Source: Candidatus Saganbacteria bacterium (lineage in GTDB: Bacteria > Margulisbacteria > WOR-1 > XYC2-FULL-46-14 > WPAF01). Taken from it: DNA of 64,000 nt. The notes beneath the pieces were generated by a model. The model made no database searches. It had not been told where the DNA came from and saw only the letters and a list, made by a program, of their open reading frames with translations. The stretch is taken from the NCBI GenBank assembly GCA_009772965.1, contig WPAF01000003.1:977-64976 (forward strand), in the 5' to 3' direction. The translations under genes and the position numbers were made by a program. Each line of letters starts with the position of its first letter. Position 1 is the first letter of the stretch. Shown one piece after another: positions 35,313-43,792 of this stretch.

Positions 35313-35970
35313 TTTCTGAAACCGTGGCAAAAGAAAACCCGCGCCTTTTGAGCTCTTTTATAATAATTGGGAGAGCGACAATTGTTTGCGCGCTGCTGTC
35401 GTGCATCAAAACAATGTCCCCTCCCGTAATCCTTGATAAAACGCGGCGGGAGATTGACTGCGAATTTCTCATGCCGTAAAAGGCATGGGAAAAATCATCG
35501 GCATTAACCGACCACATTACAATATGATATCCTGCCTTTTCTACGACAGCTCTTTTCTCGCTGTTAATAACGCCATGCGGCGGCCTGAATAGTTTTATTT
35601 GTTTGTCTGCTTCCCTTAATATTATTTCTGAAGTAAGGTCAATTTCATCCAGCAGTTTATTGTTGTTTATCCAACTGGTTCGCGAATGATAATAAGTATG
35701 GTTCCCAATTTCATGCCCTTCATTTGCAATCTCCAGCAATAGCTCAGGGTTTTCTTTAACCTTTTTCCCGACCAAAAAAAATGTCGCTTTAATATTATTT
35801 TCTCTTAATATATCCAAAACAAATTCTGTAAAAAGAGGGTTTGGCCCGTCATCAAAGGTGAGAGCGATTTTATTGCGGTAAATGCCCCTGCAATAAGTTT
35901 GTCCAAAGGCAAACGAAATAAATATCAGCAAAAAAGTAAACACTTTCAGGCGCATAATCAATTTTAACAT
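35296..35970 (-). CDS. Polysaccharide deacetylase (NodB homology domain) family protein
   Basis: 224 aa with a signal/anchor, TFDDGP, and H..H motifs (HEIGNHTYYH). Confidence 0.88.
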   Translation of the reverse strand: MLKLIMRLKVFTFLLIFISFAFGQTYCRGIYRNKIALTFDDGPNPLFTEFVLDILRENNIKATFFLVGKKVKENPELLLEIANEGHEIGNHTYYHSRTSWINNNKLLDEIDLTSEIILREADKQIKLFRPPHGVINSEKRAVVEKAGYHIVMWSVNADDFSHAFYGMRNSQSISRRVLSRITGGDIVLMHDSSAQTIVALPIIIKELKRRGFSFATVSEITGLF

Positions 35971-35989
35971 ATCGTGTTATAATTCAAAT

Positions 35990-36859
35990 ATGTTTGAATG
36001 TGTCCCAAATATCTCGGAAGGGCAGGACGAAAGCGCTGTCCAGCAAATAGCTGCCTCAGTGAAAACGGCAAAAGTGCTGAATTTCCATCTTGATCCAGAC
36101 CATAACAGGAGCGTAATAACAATGGTTGGAGACGCGAAGGGGATAAGGCAGGCGGCAATTGACCTTACTCAACGCGCTGTTGAGCTTTTGGATATTAGGG
36201 AACATAAGGGAGTCCATCCTTTTATTGGAGTAGTAGATGTTGTTCCCTTTGTTCCGTTGAACGGATCAAAAATAAGTGAAGCGGTTGAAATTGCCCATGA
36301 AGTAGGGGAAAAACTTTGGGAAAAATTGAAACTGCCGGTTTATTTTTATGGGGAGGCGGCAAAAATTGCGGAAAGGAAGGAACTTCCTTATATAAGGCGG
36401 GGAGGGTACAAAGCATTAGCCAATGAAATACATGAGCCCCATAGAGTTCCGGATGTTGGCTATGGGCTCCATTTAACGGCAGGCGCCGCGGCAGTGGGAG
36501 CAAGAGATTTTTTAATCGCCTTTAACGTGAACCTAAAAACAAAAGATATTGATATCGCGAAATCTATTGCAAAAAACATCCGGGAAAAAGACGGCGGCCT
36601 GCCGGGAGTCAGGGCTTTGGGCATGTATCTTGAAACTTGCGGCACGGCGCAGGTTTCGGTTAATATCACTTCGCACAAAATGTGTTCTTTGCAGAGGGTT
36701 TTTGATGAAATAAAAATGTGGGCGATTGAATACAATGTTGAAATAATTGATTCAGAACTGGTTGGCATGATACCGGAAAAACTGTATTCTTTAAATATGA
36801 AAAAGCAGTTGAGGATAAGCAACTTTTCAGAAAGCCTGATTTTAAAGGAGAAAATATGA
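35990..36859 (+). CDS. ftcD: Glutamate formimidoyltransferase (FtcD N-terminal domain type)
   Basis: 289 aa. It starts MFECVPNISEG and the FT-domain pattern continues throughout. Confidence 0.85.
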   Translation: MFECVPNISEGQDESAVQQIAASVKTAKVLNFHLDPDHNRSVITMVGDAKGIRQAAIDLTQRAVELLDIREHKGVHPFIGVVDVVPFVPLNGSKISEAVEIAHEVGEKLWEKLKLPVYFYGEAAKIAERKELPYIRRGGYKALANEIHEPHRVPDVGYGLHLTAGAAAVGARDFLIAFNVNLKTKDIDIAKSIAKNIREKDGGLPGVRALGMYLETCGTAQVSVNITSHKMCSLQRVFDEIKMWAIEYNVEIIDSELVGMIPEKLYSLNMKKQLRISNFSESLILKEKI

Positions 36860-39549
36860 CCGAAGAATTATCAAAAACATACAGTCCTTCAGAGGTTGAA
36901 CAAAAATGGTATAAAATATGGGAAGAGAATAAGTTATTTACGCCTGATAAAAACTCAACCGCCAAGCCATTTGTTATAGTAATTCCTCCTCCCAATGTGA
37001 CGGGCTCTTTGCATATGGGGCACGCGCTCAATAATGCCATCCAGGACTTGCTTATCCGCTACAAAAAAATGAATGGCTTTAATACCTTATGGATCCCGGG
37101 AACCGACCATGCCGGCATCGCGACGCAAAACGTGGTTGAGCGTGAATTAAAAAAAGAAGGCAAGCGCAAAGAGGATCTTGGCAGGGAGAAATTTGTTGAA
37201 AAAATATGGGAATGGAAAAAAGAATACGGGGGAAGGATTACAAATCAGTTAAGAAGGCTAGGCGCGTCATGCGATTGGACAAGAGAGCGGTTTACTATGG
37301 ATGAAGGATTGTCAAAAGCTGTGCGCCGCCACTTTGTCCAGCTATACAATGAAGGGCTTATTTATCGCGGGAAGCGAATCATCAACTGGTGCCCGCGCTG
37401 TAAAACCGCGCTTTCTGATATTGAGGTTGAGCACGAAACAAAAAAATCTTCACTTTGGCATATAAAATACGGCTCAATTATTGTTGCCACCACGCGGCCA
37501 GAGACTATGCTGGGAGATACTGCTATTGCCGTTAACCCAAAAGATGAAAGATATAAACACTTGTGGGGTAAGACAATAGAACTGCCTCTTGTCGGCCGAA
37601 TGGTTCCAATTATAAAGGATGATTTTGTGGATCCTTCTTTTGGCACGGGAGCGGTAAAGGTGACCCCTTCCCATGATCCAAATGATTATGAAATGGGGAT
37701 GAGGCACAATCTGCCTTTTGTAAATATTATGACTCCTGATGGCCATATCACATTGGCGGAAATTGAAAAAAAAGAAAATATTTCCATGCTTGAGGGCATG
37801 GATCGTTTTGCAGCCAGGGAAAGAATTGTTGGGATGCTTGAAGAAAACGGTTTTCTTGAAAAAATAGAAGATTATGAAACGTCAATTGGCCATTGCTACC
37901 GGTGTAAAACAGTTATTGAGCCCTATCTTTCAGACCAGTGGTTTGTAAAAGTGGGTCCTCTTGCCAAAAAAGGAATTGAAGCGGTTGAAAAGGGGGAAAT
38001 CAAATTTGTCCCCGAGCGTTGGACCAAAGTATATTTGCAATGGATGACCAATCTCCGCGACTGGTGCATATCAAGGCAATTGTGGTGGGGGCACCAAGTT
38101 CCTGCCTGGTACTGCAGGAATGGAATGACAAATGACAAATGTCAAATGTCAAATGAATGTAATGAAATTATAGTATCGGAAGAGAAGCCGGAGAAATGTC
38201 CAAAGTGCGGTGGAAAAAACTTAGTGCAGGATCCGGATGTTTTTGATACCTGGTTTTCGTCCGCGCTTTGGCCATTTTCAACCCTTGGCTGGCCTGACAA
38301 TACAGAGGATTTAACAAAGTTTTATCCAACAGATGTTTTGGTCACAAGCTACGACATTATCACATTTTGGGTGGCAAGGATGATAATGGCCGGCCTTCAT
38401 TTCATGAAAAAAGCTCCGTTCCATACCGTTTATATCCATGGCCTGGTAAAAGATATCCATGGGAAAAAGATGAGCAAATCCTGGGGCAATGTGATTGACC
38501 CGATTGAAGTTATTGAAAAGGCGGGGGCAGACGCATTGCGCTTTGCATTTATTTCTTTAATTGCCGGGCAGGGGCAGGATGTAAAACTTTCAGAAGAAAA
38601 AATAACCGAGGCAAGAAATTTTGCCAATAAAATATGGAATGTGAGCAGGTTTGTGATGATGAATACTTCCCCCAGTCCCAAGCCTTGCCTGCCGGCAGGC
38701 AGGCCTATGGAGGGACAGGGGGAGGAATTAGAAGATAAATGGATCCTTTCGCGATTCAACCAAACAGCAAAGGATGTATCCAGCGCGATTGAAAAATATA
38801 ATTTTGGCGAGGGCGCGCGGCTGCTTTATGAATTTGTTTGGGGGGAATTTTGCGACTGGTATGTTGAAATTGCCAAGATAAGGATATATGGCAATGATGA
38901 AAAAAAGAAAGAACAGGCATCTCGGATTTTGATGGAAGTTTTACAGGGCTCACTTAAACTTTTACATCCCTTCATGCCTTTTATAACTGAAGAAATTTAT
39001 CGGCGAACACAAGCCAAATCAATCATGCTGGAGAAATGGCCGGAAAATATTAAGGCAGACGAAACAGCGATTTCAAAAATGGAATATCTTAAAACCCTAA
39101 TCACCGCGATAAGAAACATAAAAGCAGAAACCGGGACGCAGACCAAAACCCTTGAAGAAGTTATTTTAGCCCCGGATGATTCTGAGAAAAAAGCCATTAT
39201 TGAAGGAGAGGCAATAATTAAGGCGCTGGCAAAAATAAGCAGGATCACAGTTAAAGATGAATTAAAAGATAAGCCCCAGCAATCAGCCGCTTTTATGGCA
39301 AATAATACAAAAGGATATGTGCCGCTCAAAGGGCTGATCGATCTAGAAAAAGAAATGGAAAGAATCAATAAAGAAATTGATAAGACAGAGCAAGAGATAC
39401 AAAAGATAAAAACTCTTTTATCTGACAATAACTTTATTGCCCGGGCGCCTAAAGAGGCTATTGAAAAGCAATCCGCCAGGCAGAAGGAATTAGCTGAAAA
39501 AATTAAACTACTTCACGAGAGATCAATAAACTTGTGTGGAGACAAATAG
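36856..39549 (+). CDS. valS: Valine--tRNA ligase
   Basis: 897 aa with the HIGH motif (LHMGHAL), KMSKS, CP1 editing domain and C-terminal coiled coil. Confidence 0.97.
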   Translation: MTEELSKTYSPSEVEQKWYKIWEENKLFTPDKNSTAKPFVIVIPPPNVTGSLHMGHALNNAIQDLLIRYKKMNGFNTLWIPGTDHAGIATQNVVERELKKEGKRKEDLGREKFVEKIWEWKKEYGGRITNQLRRLGASCDWTRERFTMDEGLSKAVRRHFVQLYNEGLIYRGKRIINWCPRCKTALSDIEVEHETKKSSLWHIKYGSIIVATTRPETMLGDTAIAVNPKDERYKHLWGKTIELPLVGRMVPIIKDDFVDPSFGTGAVKVTPSHDPNDYEMGMRHNLPFVNIMTPDGHITLAEIEKKENISMLEGMDRFAARERIVGMLEENGFLEKIEDYETSIGHCYRCKTVIEPYLSDQWFVKVGPLAKKGIEAVEKGEIKFVPERWTKVYLQWMTNLRDWCISRQLWWGHQVPAWYCRNGMTNDKCQMSNECNEIIVSEEKPEKCPKCGGKNLVQDPDVFDTWFSSALWPFSTLGWPDNTEDLTKFYPTDVLVTSYDIITFWVARMIMAGLHFMKKAPFHTVYIHGLVKDIHGKKMSKSWGNVIDPIEVIEKAGADALRFAFISLIAGQGQDVKLSEEKITEARNFANKIWNVSRFVMMNTSPSPKPCLPAGRPMEGQGEELEDKWILSRFNQTAKDVSSAIEKYNFGEGARLLYEFVWGEFCDWYVEIAKIRIYGNDEKKKEQASRILMEVLQGSLKLLHPFMPFITEEIYRRTQAKSIMLEKWPENIKADETAISKMEYLKTLITAIRNIKAETGTQTKTLEEVILAPDDSEKKAIIEGEAIIKALAKISRITVKDELKDKPQQSAAFMANNTKGYVPLKGLIDLEKEMERINKEIDKTEQEIQKIKTLLSDNNFIARAPKEAIEKQSARQKELAEKIKLLHERSINLCGDK
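38683..38703. repeat. 21-nt near-palindromic element, copy inside valS
   Basis: CCTTGCCTGCCGGCAGGCAGG is identical to the sense-strand copy in yidD and is translated here as ..PCLPAGRP... Confidence 0.85.
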
Positions 39550-39588
39550 CGTTGTAGAATAGGGAATATTTACTGAAAGGAGTAGATC

Positions 39589-39753
39589 ATGATATACGAC
39601 AGGTCTGAGTATAAAGGGAAGCCGATGCTGGTCATTAAAAGAAGCGAGGACGACAAGTTTCCTTTTTCTTTTGGGATTGCAAAAGCAAAGATGATTCTTG
39701 AAAGCATAGAAGAAATAAAGCAATTTGTAAAAGACTGCGAAGCACAGGGGTAA
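39589..39753 (+). CDS. Small hypothetical protein (54 aa)
   Basis: GAAAGGAG lies 6 nt upstream of the ATG. The ORF reads MIYDRSEYKGKPMLVIKRSEDDKFPFSFGIAKAKMILESIEEIKQFVKDCEAQG*. It fills the valS-typA gap and is below the ORF-track cutoff. Confidence 0.5.
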   Translation: MIYDRSEYKGKPMLVIKRSEDDKFPFSFGIAKAKMILESIEEIKQFVKDCEAQG

Positions 39754-39757
39754 AACT

Positions 39758-41554
39758 TTACTTCTGGCGCGATCTTTGATGTTCTGTTAAATGCTTTTTA
39801 CGCAGGCGAATGCTTTTGGGCGTGATTTCAACTAATTCGTCATCATCAATAAATTCAAGCGCCTGTTCAAGCGATAGGATTATTGGCGGGGTGAGGCGAA
39901 TAGCTTCATCTGCGCTGGCGGCGCGAATATTGGTTTGTTTCTTTTCTTTGCAGGGATTTACCGTCATATCTTGCGAGCGCATATTCTCGCCAACAATCAT
40001 CCCTTCATAAACATTTGTTCCGGAGCCGATAAATAAGTGCGATCTTTCCTGTAAATTATTTAACGCGTAAGACGCGGACTTGCCGGCGATCCCTGAAATT
40101 ATAACGCCATTTTGCCGCTTGGCGATTTCTCCCTTAAATCTTTCGTATTTGTAAAATGAATGGTTAAGTATCCCTTCTCCTTTAGTACTCATTATAAACT
40201 CCGCCCTAAAGCCAAGCAGCCCGCGCGTGGGGAGATTAAAGGCAAAGCTGGTTGTCCCGCCTTTAGTAGACATATCCTGCATCTCGCCGCGGCGTTTGCC
40301 CATCATTTCAATAACAACTCCCGAGTATTCGTCCGGCACTGAGATGATTGCCTGTTCAATCGGCTCCATCTTTTCGTTATGGATGGTTTTATAAATTACT
40401 TTTGGCTGTGAAACCTGGACTTCGTAGCCCTCTCGCCGCATTTTTTCTAAAAGGATTGAAAGATGCAGTTCTCCTCTTCCGGAAAGCTTAAACCCTTCAA
40501 TTCCGCTAAGCGCTTCAAGGCGCAAGCCGACATCAGTCTGCATTTCACGTTCAAGGCGTTCCTTCAAATGCCTGCTTGTTACATACTTGCCGTCTTTCCC
40601 GGCAAAAGGGGAATCGTTAACCAAAAATTCCATGGTTAACGTGGGCTCGTCAATTTTTAGCAAAGGCAAGGCCATTGGATTTGCGGCGGAAGCTATCGTT
40701 TCCCCTATTGTGATATCCGGAATTCCGGCAATCGCGACTAGATCGCCGCAGGGAACTTCATTAACCTCAACTTGTTTTAGCCCCTCGAAGACAGAAAGCT
40801 TTGTGATTTTGGCCTGAGCAATTGAGCCATCAAGCTTGCAAACAACAATTGGGGAATTTATTTCGAGCTTTCCTCGGTTTACCCTGCAAATTGCAATCCT
40901 TCCGACATAGTCATTATAGGCAAGGTTGGTTACCAGTAATTGAAGCGGCTTATCGCTAAAATCCGGATAGAGAGGAACATGTTTTAAAATAGTTTCAAAG
41001 AGCGGCGAAAGGTCTACGGATTTATCTTCCAGATTGTATTTTGCAACTCCCTCGCGTGAAATCGTATAAACTATCGGAAAATCAAGCTGGTCATCAGTCG
41101 CGTCGAGCTTTACGAACAGGTCAAAAACTTTGTCTATCACTTTTAGCGGCCGTGCGGCTTTTTTGTCAATTTTATTGATTACAACAATCGGGCGCAATCC
41201 CAACTTAAGCGATTTTGATAAGACAAATTTAGTTTGCGGCATGGGGCCTTCCTGCGCATCAACCAGCAAAAGCACGCTGTCCACCATTTTTAATACGCGC
41301 TCTACCTCTGACCCAAAGTCCGCGTGTCCGGGAGTATCAACAATATTAATCTTAATATCTTTGTAATGTATTGAGCAGTTTTTTGAAAATATGGTAATGC
41401 CGCGCTCTCTCTCCAATTCGTTTGAATCCATAACCAGATCAGTTATTTCGTCCCGCTCCCCAAAAGCGCCGCCCTGCCTTAATAGATGGTCAGTCAAAGT
41501 AGTTTTGCCATGGTCAACATGAGCAATAATCGCAATATTAATGATTTTAGACAT
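39758..41554 (-). CDS. typA: Translational GTPase TypA/BipA
   Basis: G1 motif AHVDHGKTT, DTPGH and the EF-G-like domain order. I prefer the ATG at 41554 (MSKIINIAII...) over the TTG at 41572 listed in the track. Confidence 0.93.
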   Translation of the reverse strand: MSKIINIAIIAHVDHGKTTLTDHLLRQGGAFGERDEITDLVMDSNELERERGITIFSKNCSIHYKDIKINIVDTPGHADFGSEVERVLKMVDSVLLLVDAQEGPMPQTKFVLSKSLKLGLRPIVVINKIDKKAARPLKVIDKVFDLFVKLDATDDQLDFPIVYTISREGVAKYNLEDKSVDLSPLFETILKHVPLYPDFSDKPLQLLVTNLAYNDYVGRIAICRVNRGKLEINSPIVVCKLDGSIAQAKITKLSVFEGLKQVEVNEVPCGDLVAIAGIPDITIGETIASAANPMALPLLKIDEPTLTMEFLVNDSPFAGKDGKYVTSRHLKERLEREMQTDVGLRLEALSGIEGFKLSGRGELHLSILLEKMRREGYEVQVSQPKVIYKTIHNEKMEPIEQAIISVPDEYSGVVIEMMGKRRGEMQDMSTKGGTTSFAFNLPTRGLLGFRAEFIMSTKGEGILNHSFYKYERFKGEIAKRQNGVIISGIAGKSASYALNNLQERSHLFIGSGTNVYEGMIVGENMRSQDMTVNPCKEKKQTNIRAASADEAIRLTPPIILSLEQALEFIDDDELVEITPKSIRLRKKHLTEHQRSRQK

Positions 41555-41580
41555 TACTGTATAGTATAGCAAAATATAGC

Positions 41581-41609
41581 TTGAATTTAAAAAAGCTTAT
41601 GATTATACT
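41581..41609 (+). promoter_or_regulatory. Sigma70-type promoter (TTGAAT-17-TATACT) for the 41648 lipoprotein gene
   Basis: Hexamers at 41581-41586 and 41604-41609, with the RBS CTGGAGG upstream of the ATG at 41648. Confidence 0.45.
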
Positions 41610-41647
41610 ATGTAAAAGTAAAAAGGTTTTATCCTGGAGGAACAATC

Positions 41648-43435
41648 ATGAAAAAATTACTCGGGTTTGTATTTTTGATATTGATTTTAATTGGGGGAAT
41701 ATTGATTTCTGGTTGCGGGAAACAGAACGGCGACTCAAGTGGAGAAAGAAACAAAGGCCCAACAGTTTCGCTTAGCAATTTGTTTGATGTTTCCGGAGCC
41801 AAAGCAATTGCCACTGCTTCCTCTGCTAATACTGTTTCAGGCAGTGCAATTAAAACTTTTTCGGCAAATAATGTTACAGAATTATTAAAGCTTAACTCCA
41901 GCGGGGAAATTTCTTCAGTCCTTTCTTCTGCTTTAGCATCACAATGGCATCCGCCTATTTCTGTCATTGAAACTGGCCCGGATGGATCTTTATACATTGG
42001 TTTCCAATGGGGAATATGGGTTTCCTCTACAACTAGCGCTGAAACTCAAGCTTCCTTTTTTAAAATAACAACCAGCGGTAGCATTGAAATAGTAGATAGT
42101 GCTGTATATGGGATAGGAACCTGGTATGGCGGATCAGAAAACGGCGAGTTGCCAGCCAAACAAGTACAATTTGATAGTGCTGGAACTGTTTACTATTTAG
42201 GGAAAACTTCTGCTGGAAATACTATCTTAAAGAAAAAAACCACTGCTGGTGTCATAAGCCAGATAGGAAGTTCTAATTATGAAGTGCGTGATTTCTTGGT
42301 AACACCAGGGGGATTTATCATTTTTCATGGATCAAATGTTGGGAATTGGAGCATTGAATGGCTGCGCGTAATCAATGGAAGTACAGTTAGTAATATCTTT
42401 TACAATGATGGCGCGGGTTATTTGCGTGCCTATTACTATTACAATTATGAAACCACTAATTATATATTCTTGATTGGAGAAAATTTAACCCTTTTAGACG
42501 AAAACTCTGTGCCCAAAAAGTATTCCGGAATTACTCGGGTGACATTAAGCTCAGCGGGACTTCCTACCGCAGTTGAAGCTCTATATGATGACAAAAATAT
42601 GTATAATGAAACTTATAATACTATTGGCAGCCAACTTACCTGGGGATATTGGGATCCAACTGATATGATTAACAAAAAGTTTTTTTCTACCAATAACTAT
42701 GGGCAAGTAGTTCTCCCCTTATCTTTAGAAGCTGGAGTAACCGAAGCCGCAATCCGTTCTTTTGTCAGAACAAAATATCAGAGCATTACAACTGACACCC
42801 TTAATGACATTACTTTTGCAGGTCTAGCCGCTACTTTAGAAAGTTGGCAGGTCAACAGTTATTTAGATGATATTATAGCTGCTAACCTTTCTGGTAAGAC
42901 ATGGTCAAAGTGGCGTGAAGAAAACGGCCTTTCAGGAGTACAATTTGGTAATGCAAAACAATTAGTCTTTGCTCCGAATGGTAAACTTTATGCTGTAATG
43001 CGTTTAGATAGTTGGGGAGCCGGTAGTTCAAAAGGGGATAAATTATTCCAAGTTATAAATGAATATGGCGGCGCGGAAATTACAGTTTTTCCTCAAGATA
43101 CGACAAATTATTACAAATCCATGAGTAAAGTCCGAGCCTACGGTAATTATGCTGTTTATTTATCCAACAAGGTTGGCAGTTACAAAATTTATCGCTTGGA
43201 TTTAACCAATTCTTCTGCTTCGCCAATTGACATGATTCCCAGCAAATCCAACATTGAAATATTTAACTTTGATTACGATGCTACTACTGGATTGTTATAT
43301 TTTGATGTTTATGACCTTAGCAATAACACTTCCTATTTAGCGCAACAAGCTTTAACCAGTACCGTTCTCACCAGTCAAGTTTCAGCTGGAACTTATACTA
43401 TTACGGATATAGTGCCATTTCAAGCAACAAAGTAG
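41648..43435 (+). CDS. Hypothetical lipoprotein, beta-propeller-like
   Basis: 595 aa with the lipobox LISGC. Recurrent blade-like motifs (GPDGSLYIGF, DSAGTVYYLG, APNGKLYAV, ATTGLLYFDV). No family recognised. Confidence 0.7.
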   Translation: MKKLLGFVFLILILIGGILISGCGKQNGDSSGERNKGPTVSLSNLFDVSGAKAIATASSANTVSGSAIKTFSANNVTELLKLNSSGEISSVLSSALASQWHPPISVIETGPDGSLYIGFQWGIWVSSTTSAETQASFFKITTSGSIEIVDSAVYGIGTWYGGSENGELPAKQVQFDSAGTVYYLGKTSAGNTILKKKTTAGVISQIGSSNYEVRDFLVTPGGFIIFHGSNVGNWSIEWLRVINGSTVSNIFYNDGAGYLRAYYYYNYETTNYIFLIGENLTLLDENSVPKKYSGITRVTLSSAGLPTAVEALYDDKNMYNETYNTIGSQLTWGYWDPTDMINKKFFSTNNYGQVVLPLSLEAGVTEAAIRSFVRTKYQSITTDTLNDITFAGLAATLESWQVNSYLDDIIAANLSGKTWSKWREENGLSGVQFGNAKQLVFAPNGKLYAVMRLDSWGAGSSKGDKLFQVINEYGGAEITVFPQDTTNYYKSMSKVRAYGNYAVYLSNKVGSYKIYRLDLTNSSASPIDMIPSKSNIEIFNFDYDATTGLLYFDVYDLSNNTSYLAQQALTSTVLTSQVSAGTYTITDIVPFQATK

Positions 43436-43792
43436 AGATTGGTGGGGTAATTTGGAGTGGGGATATAACGCATATAAAGCTAATAAAGGTGAAAAATATA
43501 TCATTGCCCGTATAATATGGCTAATGAATCATAATTCTTCCATTCATTTAGCGCGTGCGGCTCAACGTCAATGTAAAATCGCTTTAAAAGTGACAGATGG
43601 ATTGATCTTGTAAAAATCGATTATCAATACTCGAAACAGTAGTGGGATTATTCAATTGATTAAAGTTATACATCCAAACACATCGAATTTTTGCTAAGGT
43701 CATAAATATATCTAACGCTTACCCGATAAATTTCATACAAGAAAATACACTATTAAACCGATTAATATTATAGAGGTGTATTAATACCCAAT

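Noticed and set aside
41555-41572. TTG start extending typA by six codons (MLYYTV).
   Set aside because: TypA/BipA proteins normally start a few residues before the G1 motif. The ATG at 41554 gives MSKIINIAIIAHVDHGKTT, and the extension shows no conservation logic.
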